A DNA stretch of 33,893 bases from Thermoplasmatota archaeon (lineage in GTDB: Archaea > Thermoplasmatota > Penumbrarchaeia > Penumbrarchaeales > Penumbrarchaeaceae). Both the position numbers and the translations under genes were made by a program. The DNA lies in NCBI GenBank assembly GCA_049472175.1, contig JBLIRF010000002.1, positions 1 to 33,893 of the forward strand, read 5' to 3'. This document shows, piece after piece, positions 14,917 to 23,144 of this stretch. The notes under the pieces are model-generated. The model was not told the DNA's origin, searched no databases, and saw only the letters and a program-made list of their open reading frames with translations. Within the stretch, counting starts at the first letter, position 1; the number at the start of each line of letters is the position of its first letter.

Positions 14917-17900
14917 ATGAGGCTCACAACGTCTTTTACTTTGGCTGTCGCGTTGGCAATGGTAATGATATTTCCGATCTTTCCTATCGGTGCGGAGGCC
15001 GACGACCTCTCCTGGAGCGAGCCCCCGTCAAGATACGGCTACACGCCTGTCCTGAAGCAGGTTTCGACGCTCTCATCGGAGGCCATCTGCGTGGATACGG
15101 GTGATGTCGATAACAGGTTCAACGACGATGTCGCTATAGGTACGAACGGAGCCGTCCATGTGTACACGAACAACGGAGGTTCACCTGCGAATTTCGGGAT
15201 GACCCTGTACAGGAGCATTACTCTCACCGGGTTCTACATCACCAAGGTGAAGGTGGTGGATTACGACAATGACAACGACAGGGACATCATTGCCCTCGGA
15301 CAGGACCAGTATGCCATGGCCAACGAGGTCGGTGGTCTGGCCGCGACGATCGGCACCATGAGGATATTCTATCTGAAGAACACCGGGACGGGCTTCACTC
15401 TGGAGACCTATTACGAGTTCACCGACGCATTCTACAGCCAGATCGACATCAGCGGTATCGGTCCATGGTTCTGGACGGACGGCAAGTATGATTTCGATTC
15501 GGCGGATGTTGATGGTGACAGCGACATCGATACCATGGTCATATACAACCGGGACACTGACGGCAACTCGGGAAACAACGGCGAGACGATCCAGGTCTCC
15601 CTGCTGACTTACAGCGCCACAGGCCTTGCCAGGAGCAATATCCATACACGGGCGACCCCCTCCTCATGGAACATAGCATGCTTCATAAGGTTCGCGGATT
15701 TCAATATGGACAGCTACCCCGATATCGTTTACACTTACGGCGGGGTCTACAACAACGCATGGTTCATGATAGAGACGAACGCCAGGTTCCATACCGGATC
15801 GGGAGCCAGCTGGGCGGCCGAGATCGATCTTGATCCTAGCAGCAGCATGGTGGGAGACGGCCACTTTCCCACGATCCCTTACGCACTCGAGGTGGGCAAT
15901 TTCCATGGAGATCTCCCCTTGGATGTGGCGATATCCATCAACGATAACAGGAACGTGAATCCTGGATATTGCGACGGCCAGCTCTTCATTGTCAAGAAGA
16001 GGAATCCCAGTCTGGACGAGTTCGGTTTCTACTCCCCCTCCGCAGCCTACTCGGAGAATTACAATTACCAGTTCAGGGGCATGGCCGTTGGAAACCTGGA
16101 CAATACGGGAGCCGATGATGTCGCGACCTTCTCGAAACAGGACGACTGGACGGACGAGAATTATTACAACGCTCCCGGAGAATACGGCCTTTCCGTCCTT
16201 GCCGGGAGGTCAGCGGACCCGAAAAGGTTCACGGTGATGAAGGTCTTCGAAACGGAGGTGGGTACTCTTCCCTCGACCCATATCATCAAGGATGTTGCCG
16301 CTGGAGAGCTTGACGGGAACTCGACCTACGAGGAACTGGTCTACGTCGGCAACAACCTGATAGTCGCACTCACAACGTTCCCTCCCAACAATCTTCCCCA
16401 GAAACAATCGGTCAGCATGAGCCCTTCACCGGTCAGGAACAACAATGAGACCTGCACGGTCAACATCACTGTCCAGGATTTGGACAATGCAGGAGACCTA
16501 ATAGATATTGAATGCGACTTCACCGTGGCGGGCCTGAACAAAGTCAGCCTGGGATTGCCCACGGGATATCACGAGACCGACAGGACCATCGCCTACTATG
16601 AGTTCACCATCAAAGTCCCTTCGTGGATCCCACAGAACGATTACGTGATTCCCATATCGATGTACGACCGGTGCCCTGACAGCAGGGTGCCCAAATCCAG
16701 TGATACGTTCATCTTCCGGGTGAAACAGTTCAACAGGGAGCCCCTCATCGCCCTGGATAACACTTCGATCACGATACAGGAGGACCAGGTTACATACATA
16801 GAGAACATCTACGGATGGTTCCTGGACGAGGATGTGCAGGAGGGTTATGATGACGAGCCTCTGAACATCACCATGAAGACCGCCGGAGGGCAGTGGCTGT
16901 CCTCAGTTTCCTACTTCGAGACCTACAAGGCCGAGCTCGTGAACTCAACAGGGCTCTATCCCCAGGGCTGGGTGCTTAAGATAACCCCCTTCAAGAACTT
17001 CAACCATTATCTTGAGCCCTCTGCCGCTAATGCCATCATTCTAAAGGCGACCGATAGCGGAGGACTGGAATCCGATGAGCTCGTGCTCAGGCTGTACGTG
17101 GCACCCGTGAACGACCTGCCGACCATCCCGCCGCAGGGCAGGCCTGACAATAACTTCGTTTATATGCTCGAACAGGATGATGACGGATTCACAAGGTTGA
17201 TCGCCAAGGACCTTGCTGACGACCCGGAGGACCTGAGGATGCATCTCACGTTCTCTTTGGTCTACGATGAGCCGGAAGATGAATCCTGGCTCTTTATCCA
17301 GGAGGACAGGATATACTGGAGACCGACCAACGATCAGGTCGGGTCCCATCGGGCAATTCTCCAGGTCAATGACACGGAGAGCACCGTCGAACAGGTCCTG
17401 TGGTTCAACGTCAGCAATGTGATCGATAAACCGCGGTTCCTTTATGTCGAGAATTCGACGAAGAGGGTGGACCTCACTGGAGGCATCCAGGGAAGATATG
17501 TTTTCACCGTTTCCGAACACGAGGAGTTCAATCTGACCATCAAGGCCGAGGATGTGGATATACCCATAGGAGAACAGACCCAGATATTCTTCAAGTGCAA
17601 CCTTACCATGGGAGAGGGCACATATCTGGATATCGATCCTGATGACCCCGCCAAGGCTTACCTGCATTTCATGGCTGAGAAGAGGTACGGATATCCACCG
17701 ACATACGAACCGGAATACCCCCCCATCGATACGGAGATAATACTCGAGGACGAGGAAAGCCCGGACATAATGACGGTACTTCCCATCCGGATCAGGGTGA
17801 TCAATGTCAACGATCCCCCGATCTATGTCGGGATCGTGACCCCCACCGAGGGTCAGGTCTTTCCAATATTGTACAAGATACTCTTCTCTGCCGAGACTGC

Positions 17901-18756
17901 TCTCGACCCGGATACCGACCTGAACGATACTCTGACCTATCAATGGGACTTCGATTTTTCCAACAACTTCCAGGTTGAATTTGAGGGTATGTCCGTTGAG
18001 TGGGATTTCCCGGCCGCTGGCACCTATATGGTCACCCTCCGGGTCACCGACAATGCCGGCAACATGAAACAGATGCAACTGAATATAACGGTGAACGGTG
18101 TACGTAACGATGATGACTACGACGGGGATGGTCTTCCCAACATCTGGGAGAGAGAGCACTCTTTCGATGAATACGATCCCTCGGATGCTTCGGTGGATTC
18201 CGACGGGGACGGTCTCAGCAACCTCCAGGAATACATGAACGAGACCGATCCAAGGGACCCTGACACTGATAATGACGAGGTCAAGGACGGGGATGATTGG
18301 GATCCCACTGACCCCAATGTCCAGGTCGAACCGAAGGATGATGGGTCATGGGTCAAGAAGAACGGCCTTCTCTTCATCATACTGTTGATCCTGCTGGTCC
18401 TGATAATACTTATCCTGATATTGGGATTGGTATTCCTGATGGTGAGACGAAACAGGAAGAAGGCAGAGGAGGAGGAGAAGCGCAGGAAAATGGCTGAAGA
18501 GATGCAGAAGAACATCTACGAAGGCCAGGACCTGTATGCCAACCTGCCTTCGGTCGAGCAGCCAGGGGTGGTTGCACCGGGTCCCTCGTTACCCGAACTC
18601 CCGCCACAAGGAGGGGAGGGCGACCTGGATGACATCTTCGGAGGTGCCGGGAGCCTGCCCACCGAAGCCGAAATGGTGCAGCCGGCCGGGGAACAGCCCC
18701 AGTCCCTTCCACCTAAGCAGGCCACTTCTGAAGACCTGACAGATCTTCTGGGTTGA
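14917..18756 (+). CDS. Large type I surface protein: signal peptide, FG-GAP/VCBS-like beta-propeller, cadherin/Ig-like modules, PKD domain, TSP3-like Ca-binding repeats, TM helix, cytoplasmic tail
   Basis: ATG 14917 gives the signal-peptide-like MRLTTSFTLAVALAMVMIFPIFPIGAEA. About seven D-x-D/N-x-D-G/x-D segments are present (DTGDVDNRFNDDVAIG, VVDYDNDNDRDIIALG, ADVDGDSDIDTMVIY, FADFNMDSYPDIVYTYG, VGNFHGDLPLDVAIS, VGNLDNTGADDVATF, AAGELDGNSTYEELVYVG). Module boundaries VAPVNDLP and VINVNDPP are cadherin-like. The PKD-like stretch is TLTYQWDFD...GTYMVTLRVTDNAGN. DYDGDGLPNIWE, DSDGDGLSNLQEY and DPDTDNDEV are TSP3-like. The TM helix GLLFIILLILLVLIILILILGLVFLMV is encoded at 18364-18444. Confidence 0.85.
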   Translation: MRLTTSFTLAVALAMVMIFPIFPIGAEADDLSWSEPPSRYGYTPVLKQVSTLSSEAICVDTGDVDNRFNDDVAIGTNGAVHVYTNNGGSPANFGMTLYRSITLTGFYITKVKVVDYDNDNDRDIIALGQDQYAMANEVGGLAATIGTMRIFYLKNTGTGFTLETYYEFTDAFYSQIDISGIGPWFWTDGKYDFDSADVDGDSDIDTMVIYNRDTDGNSGNNGETIQVSLLTYSATGLARSNIHTRATPSSWNIACFIRFADFNMDSYPDIVYTYGGVYNNAWFMIETNARFHTGSGASWAAEIDLDPSSSMVGDGHFPTIPYALEVGNFHGDLPLDVAISINDNRNVNPGYCDGQLFIVKKRNPSLDEFGFYSPSAAYSENYNYQFRGMAVGNLDNTGADDVATFSKQDDWTDENYYNAPGEYGLSVLAGRSADPKRFTVMKVFETEVGTLPSTHIIKDVAAGELDGNSTYEELVYVGNNLIVALTTFPPNNLPQKQSVSMSPSPVRNNNETCTVNITVQDLDNAGDLIDIECDFTVAGLNKVSLGLPTGYHETDRTIAYYEFTIKVPSWIPQNDYVIPISMYDRCPDSRVPKSSDTFIFRVKQFNREPLIALDNTSITIQEDQVTYIENIYGWFLDEDVQEGYDDEPLNITMKTAGGQWLSSVSYFETYKAELVNSTGLYPQGWVLKITPFKNFNHYLEPSAANAIILKATDSGGLESDELVLRLYVAPVNDLPTIPPQGRPDNNFVYMLEQDDDGFTRLIAKDLADDPEDLRMHLTFSLVYDEPEDESWLFIQEDRIYWRPTNDQVGSHRAILQVNDTESTVEQVLWFNVSNVIDKPRFLYVENSTKRVDLTGGIQGRYVFTVSEHEEFNLTIKAEDVDIPIGEQTQIFFKCNLTMGEGTYLDIDPDDPAKAYLHFMAEKRYGYPPTYEPEYPPIDTEIILEDEESPDIMTVLPIRIRVINVNDPPIYVGIVTPTEGQVFPILYKILFSAETALDPDTDLNDTLTYQWDFDFSNNFQVEFEGMSVEWDFPAAGTYMVTLRVTDNAGNMKQMQLNITVNGVRNDDDYDGDGLPNIWEREHSFDEYDPSDASVDSDGDGLSNLQEYMNETDPRDPDTDNDEVKDGDDWDPTDPNVQVEPKDDGSWVKKNGLLFIILLILLVLIILILILGLVFLMVRRNRKKAEEEEKRRKMAEEMQKNIYEGQDLYANLPSVEQPGVVAPGPSLPELPPQGGEGDLDDIFGGAGSLPTEAEMVQPAGEQPQSLPPKQATSEDLTDLLG

Positions 18757-18763
18757 GTAGTAA

Positions 18764-18810
18764 CCTTTAATAAAGACCTCAGGCACTTTCCGGGCCTGAA
18801 TGATGGAGGT
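18764..18810 (+). promoter_or_regulatory. TATA-like box plus Shine-Dalgarno for pyrH
   Basis: cctttaataaag lies at 18764-18775. GGAGGT at 18805-18810 sits 6 nt upstream of the TTG start at 18817. Confidence 0.45.
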
Positions 18811-18816
18811 ACCACG

Positions 18817-19509
18817 TTGAGGAAGGTCGTTATATCCCTTGGGGGCTCCATCCTTGTCAAGGGCGAAGATGATGAGACCTACATAAGGGAGTTGGTGGAA
18901 AGCCTTGCGTCCATTTCAGATGACGTGAGGTTCATCATTGTTACAGGTGGAGGCAAACTGGCAAGGTCTCATATTTCGATAGGCAGATCGATGGGGGCGG
19001 ATGAGTCCACACTTGACAGCATGGGCATACTGGCAACCAGGATGAATGCATGGCTGGTCATCGGTGCCTTCAAAGGAGTGGATGTATATCCAAGACCGTT
19101 CACTTCTCTGGAGGAAGCCCTCATAGGGGCTTCTGTCCACAGGTTCACGATCGGCGGCGGGACGCATCCGGGACATACCACGGATGCGGTGAGCGCCATG
19201 ATCGCGGAGATGTGGAGAGCCGACCTTTTCGTGAACCTCACTGCAGTGGACGGTGCTTATACCACCGACCCGAAGAAGGACAGGAATGCAGAAAGGATAC
19301 CCGAGATGACCTCGAAGGAACTCGTCGAACTCGTATCCGATACTGCAAGGGGGGCGGGCTCCCATTCGGTCATGGACCCCCTTGCAGCTTCGGTCATACA
19401 CAGGGCGGGAATAGGAACGATGATACTTGACGGCAGGGACGTTCCCAACCTCCTTAGGTGCATCTCGGGAGGGCGGACACATGGGACAGTGGTCGTCCCG
19501 GGAGAATGA
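18817..19509 (+). CDS. pyrH: UMP kinase (archaeal type)
   Basis: (TTG)RKVVISLGGSIL... begins an amino-acid kinase fold. GGGTHPGHTTDAVSA, the length (230 aa) and the layout are typical of archaeal PyrH. Confidence 0.9.
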   Translation: MRKVVISLGGSILVKGEDDETYIRELVESLASISDDVRFIIVTGGGKLARSHISIGRSMGADESTLDSMGILATRMNAWLVIGAFKGVDVYPRPFTSLEEALIGASVHRFTIGGGTHPGHTTDAVSAMIAEMWRADLFVNLTAVDGAYTTDPKKDRNAERIPEMTSKELVELVSDTARGAGSHSVMDPLAASVIHRAGIGTMILDGRDVPNLLRCISGGRTHGTVVVPGE

Positions 19510-19513
19510 TAAG

Positions 19514-19792
19514 ATGCCTGGAAAACCACCGAAAAGATCAGGAAAGAAAAAGAAACCCGTTCCCGTTCAGAGGGCAGCATCCGGCGAGGAGGGAGTTGCA
19601 CCGTCCATCACCCCGCCTCACAAGCATTGCTTCAATTGCGGGGTCTCGATCCCCGTGGAAAGGGATATCTGCTCGGACAGATGCCAGGCGGAGTGGGACC
19701 GGATGCTTAAGCGGAAGAAGCTCATGACCTACCTCCCGTTCATCGGGATAGCCCTCCTTCTCTTGTTCTACGTTCTCATAATCGCGAACTGA
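19514..19792 (+). CDS. Small Zn-ribbon protein with C-terminal TM helix (DUF2116-like)
   Basis: ATG at 19514 lies 5 nt after the pyrH stop; the track start at 19427 overlaps pyrH. The sequence is MPGKPPKRSGKKKKP...HKHCFNCGVSIPVERDICSDRCQAEWDRMLKRKK followed by LMTYLPFIGIALLLLFYVLIIAN. Confidence 0.65.
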   Translation: MPGKPPKRSGKKKKPVPVQRAASGEEGVAPSITPPHKHCFNCGVSIPVERDICSDRCQAEWDRMLKRKKLMTYLPFIGIALLLLFYVLIIAN

Positions 19793-19809
19793 CAGGTAAG
19801 AGTGGACCG

Positions 19810-20328
19810 ATGGAAGAGCAAGTGGTAAATATATGTGTGGGAGGGACATTCTCACCCCTTCATTCAGGCCATCTCGAATTGCTGAGAGAGGCTTTCAGGA
19901 GGGGAAGAAGAGTCTGGGTTGGATTGACCTCGGACGAGATGGCAAAAAGGGGCAGGAGGAGACTTGTGGAGTCCTTCGTTTGCAGAAAGGAAGTCCTGGA
20001 GAATGTACTTTTAGGGTTATCCCGAGAGTGTTCTGTACCTTATACGATCATGGAGATCAACGACAGGTACGGGTTCGCGACCATGCCGGAGATCGATTCT
20101 ATCGTCGTATCGGAGGAAACGGAGTGCACGGTCGACGAGATAGACGAGATGAGGTCCAGAAAGGGCATCCCCCGGTTGAAGAGGTTCGTCATTGGAATGG
20201 TGACCGACAGTAACGGTGTTGGAATTTCCTCAACAAGGGTGGCATCGGGAGAGATAGATCTCGAGGGAAATCCCCTTAACGGACCATCAGGAAAAGGGAT
20301 GAAAGGGGGTTTGAAGGGCGATGTTTGA
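19810..20328 (+). CDS. coaD: Phosphopantetheine adenylyltransferase, archaeal type (COG1019)
   Basis: ICVGGTFSPLHSGHLELLREAF..VGLTSDEMAKR...IVVSEET...ISSTRV matches the nucleotidyltransferase (T/H)xGH signature and the pattern of characterised archaeal PPAT. Confidence 0.82.
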   Translation: MEEQVVNICVGGTFSPLHSGHLELLREAFRRGRRVWVGLTSDEMAKRGRRRLVESFVCRKEVLENVLLGLSRECSVPYTIMEINDRYGFATMPEIDSIVVSEETECTVDEIDEMRSRKGIPRLKRFVIGMVTDSNGVGISSTRVASGEIDLEGNPLNGPSGKGMKGGLKGDV

Positions 20329-21295
20329 GATCCTCTCTTCGACCCCGTCCCTCATGATCTTCATCGCAATAGCGGTATCCTTCGTTCTTGCGATCGTTCT
20401 TCCCTGGAGGAAGAAGGCTTCCGCCACCACGGTCATTTCGGTCTCGGTCATAGTGGTTTTCGTGATAGATTTTCTGATGACCTCCGATTTCATATATGAC
20501 ATACCCTTTCTCTCGGGGGTCTCTCCTCCCGACAGATATACGATCCTGAAGGACCTTGGTTTCTATCCGAGGTCGATAGTGGAGAGCTACACGGTATATC
20601 AGTTCATAACGGCCACCTACATGCATTCCGATTTCTTCCACCTGATGTTCAATTTCCTGGGGCTTGTAATTCTCGGTACTCAGCTGGAGCAGAGGATAGG
20701 TTATGACCGGTTCCTGATGATATACTTCGGGTCCGGAATGATCGCTGGCGCTGTCGTTCTATTCATTTCTCCTTTCGGATACCTTGGACATACCATGGAT
20801 ACCGTATCGATCGGGGCTTCCGGATGTATTTTCGGCACACTCGGCGCCCTGTGGTATCTCTATCCCAGGGACGAGATATTCTTCCCTCTGATAATAATCC
20901 GAAAATGGCCGATCTCCCTGATAGTACTGATATACGGAGGGATAAGCGCTCTCTTCATCCTCCTGGCTACCGATGACCAGGTCAGTCATATCGCCCACTT
21001 TGCAGGCCTTGTCGGTTCCTTTCCCATTGCATTTCTGGTAAGATCAAGAAAGGAAGGAGAAAAGGAAAAGGGTCTCGATGTGCTTACGAGGGACCAACTG
21101 GTGGAGCTTGCCCGTACCAAGCATCAGAAGAAGTTGCTCGACCGGGCTCTCGATTCGGATGAGAAGGACGTAAGGGACGCATGGCTCGAGGAGTTCTTTT
21201 CAAGCGTGAAGTGTCCCAAATGCAGGGGAACGGGGATGAACTACAATGGAAAGGATGCCACCTGCTCAAGGTGCGGAAAGAGGATACGACCTTGA
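20321..21295 (+). CDS. Rhomboid-family intramembrane serine protease with C-terminal Zn-ribbon extension
   Basis: The catalytic GASGCIFGTLGA (GxSG) and SHIAHFAGLVGS (His) lie in TM segments. The ATG overlaps the coaD stop by 8 nt. The C-terminal tail contains CPKCRGTG...CSRCGKR. Confidence 0.85.
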   Translation: MFEILSSTPSLMIFIAIAVSFVLAIVLPWRKKASATTVISVSVIVVFVIDFLMTSDFIYDIPFLSGVSPPDRYTILKDLGFYPRSIVESYTVYQFITATYMHSDFFHLMFNFLGLVILGTQLEQRIGYDRFLMIYFGSGMIAGAVVLFISPFGYLGHTMDTVSIGASGCIFGTLGALWYLYPRDEIFFPLIIIRKWPISLIVLIYGGISALFILLATDDQVSHIAHFAGLVGSFPIAFLVRSRKEGEKEKGLDVLTRDQLVELARTKHQKKLLDRALDSDEKDVRDAWLEEFFSSVKCPKCRGTGMNYNGKDATCSRCGKRIRP

Positions 21296-21379
21296 AGCAC
21301 CCGCCTCCTAACAACAGCAAAGAAATTAACCTTATATTCCTATACTCTTGCCGATATTGGTTCCCGTGGAGGTTTGTGA

Positions 21380-21994
21380 ATGGTACCAAAGGTGATCTGG
21401 TTGGGACATGCATCTTTTAAGATCGTATCGGATTCAAAGGTCATATACATAGATCCGTGGAAATTGAAAGACGATCAGAAAGCGGACCTCATACTGATAA
21501 CCCATTCGCACATGGACCATTTGAGCGAGTCCGATATTGGATCCCTCAGGAAGAAGGACACGGTCATAATAGGACCTCCCGATGTCGCAGCGAAGGTTCC
21601 CGGAACCATTGAGGTGGCACCAGGAGATGTTAAGGATGTTGGTTGGGCAAGGGTGGAAGCGCATCCAGCATACAATCCGAAGAAGAAGTTCCACCCTGCC
21701 TCGAACAGATGGGTCGGTTTCGTTGCCGATATCAAAGGGTACAGGATATACCACTCCGGTGATACGGATGTCATACCGGAGATGAAGAGGATCAGGAACA
21801 TCGATGTTGCACTGCTTCCGGTGGGAGGCACATATACTATGACGGCCGAGGAAGCGGCCGAGGCCGTCAAGGTGATCGGACCGAAGAAGGCCATCCCGAT
21901 GCACTGGGGTGACATCGTTGGAGGACTTGAGGACGCGGAGAGGTTCAAGAGGATAGCTGGTTGCGAGGTCGATATACTCAATCCTGAGGGCTGA
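21380..21994 (+). CDS. MBL-fold metal-dependent hydrolase (UPF0173-like)
   Basis: LILITHSHMDH (HxHxDH) is present along with downstream His/Asp ligands. GGAGGT at 21368-21373 sits 6 nt before the ATG. Confidence 0.85.
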   Translation: MVPKVIWLGHASFKIVSDSKVIYIDPWKLKDDQKADLILITHSHMDHLSESDIGSLRKKDTVIIGPPDVAAKVPGTIEVAPGDVKDVGWARVEAHPAYNPKKKFHPASNRWVGFVADIKGYRIYHSGDTDVIPEMKRIRNIDVALLPVGGTYTMTAEEAAEAVKVIGPKKAIPMHWGDIVGGLEDAERFKRIAGCEVDILNPEG

Positions 21995-23144
21995 TCGATC
22001 CAAGCCAATCAAGGAGCTGGGGGGGTATCTTCCATTCACCTTTCTGCAAGAGCGGTCTCGCAAAGGTAAGCTGCCAACCCGATCTTGATATTATATCCTT
22101 CAAAGAGAAGACCTGTATGTGGGGGCTGCCCTCCAGGATGTTCAGACGTCCCATATTGCTCAGAAGACCGTGATTGGCCTTCGATCCCTCTGCAAGGTTC
22201 GGATACAGGCCGATCCCAACTGCATCCTGCCTGTCCAGGATGGCAAGGATAAGGTTCGGGGGTATCTCCCAATCCTTCGATCCCCACAGTTCAAGTGGAT
22301 CGACCGAAGGTCTGAACCTGATGTGGAAGAAGGTGAGGACTTCCAATCCGATCAATAGGGGGTTGAGTATTACGAGGGGCTTGATCACCCCCGATCCGAA
22401 GAGAGAATCCCTTATCCTCTGGAACCGGTACCGGCTCAGTCCGCTCTGCTCGACATGGAATTGGTCGGACCCTTCAGGGTATGTCACCAGCTGGACGAGG
22501 ACGGACCATTCAGTATCGTCAAGGTCGACAGCGGGTCTGCAGCCACCAAGTTCGAAAAAATCACCCCACGACCGGGCCGCCGCCTGCTGCGGGGCGGTGT
22601 CCCCCTCGAGTGTCGGGATCAAGCGGTCAAGTGCCAAACTGCTGACCATCAGGTCCGACAGGTCGAACATCCTCTCGACCTTAAGGTCCCTGAAGGAGAA
22701 AGGAACCAGTTCCATCTCGCTCCTCTCCATATTCAGGGTATTGAAGACCCTCTTCTCGGCCCAGACCAGCCCGTTCTTCATGGATGTGAAATCCTCGACC
22801 GCGTGGAACCCGAGCCCCATACCGGGCTCCGATATGAAGAACACGAGATGTGTTGGTGCCTTTTCCAGGACATTGCACCCAAGTTTGTTCTGGACATCCT
22901 CCGGGAGGTAGGGCTCCATTCCGGAGCCGAAGCTTGCAATGAGTATCTCGAACCCGAGAAGACCGAAATTGGGAATGTATTCCTTCTTGAACACCATTTC
23001 CCTCATCAGTTTGTTCTTGATCTTGTTGAAGGTGTAGAGGTTCATATCGATCGAATTTGCCCGCTCCCGGTCCCCGTGCTCTGGATTCTTCATTATCGAG
23101 AGGAGCACAGCCTTCTCGTTCCTGTTTATCTGCGAGCGGGTCAA
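21978..23144 (-). CDS. Putative transcription regulator: two tandem Lrp/AsnC-like (wHTH plus effector-domain) modules in one chain
   Basis: The start is TTG at 23144; the next ATG would truncate helix 1. The halves are NEKAVLLSIMKNPEHGDRERANSIDMNLYTFNKIKNKLMREMVFKKEYIPNFGLLGFEIL and TEWSVLVQLVTYPEGSDQFHVEQSGLSRYRFQRIRDSLFGSGVIKPLVILNPLLIGLEVL. They align with each other and with the Lrp HTH-linker pattern. The + strand ORFs over the same DNA are S/R/P-rich shadows. Confidence 0.6.
   Translation of the reverse strand: MTRSQINRNEKAVLLSIMKNPEHGDRERANSIDMNLYTFNKIKNKLMREMVFKKEYIPNFGLLGFEILIASFGSGMEPYLPEDVQNKLGCNVLEKAPTHLVFFISEPGMGLGFHAVEDFTSMKNGLVWAEKRVFNTLNMERSEMELVPFSFRDLKVERMFDLSDLMVSSLALDRLIPTLEGDTAPQQAAARSWGDFFELGGCRPAVDLDDTEWSVLVQLVTYPEGSDQFHVEQSGLSRYRFQRIRDSLFGSGVIKPLVILNPLLIGLEVLTFFHIRFRPSVDPLELWGSKDWEIPPNLILAILDRQDAVGIGLYPNLAEGSKANHGLLSNMGRLNILEGSPHIQVFSLKDIISRSGWQLTFARPLLQKGEWKIPPQLLDWLGSISPQD

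Noticed and set aside
17041-18159. 372-aa minus-strand ORF, plus other long antisense ORFs (848..1423, 15181..15645, 18117..18860 set)
   Set aside because: These are antisense shadows of acidic-residue-rich coding regions (GAN/GTN codon periodicity). They have no motifs or start context, and the sense-strand proteins have clear domains.
18106-18330. DxDxDG repeats as dockerin modules of a cellulosome-like system
   Set aside because: The repeats fit TSP3-type Ca-binding repeats equally well, sit just before a TM anchor, and no cohesin-like partner is visible in the window.
19427-19513. Upstream extension of the DUF2116-like ORF
   Set aside because: It overlaps the 3' end of pyrH out of frame. 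The basic N-terminus MPGKPPKRSGKKKK beginning at ATG 19514 lies directly after the pyrH stop.
21434-22063. Minus-strand ORFs 21434..22063 and 21475..22008
   Set aside because: They are antisense to the MBL-fold hydrolase, which carries the HxHxDH motif and a GGAGGT-ATG start. Their composition is R/S/P-rich.
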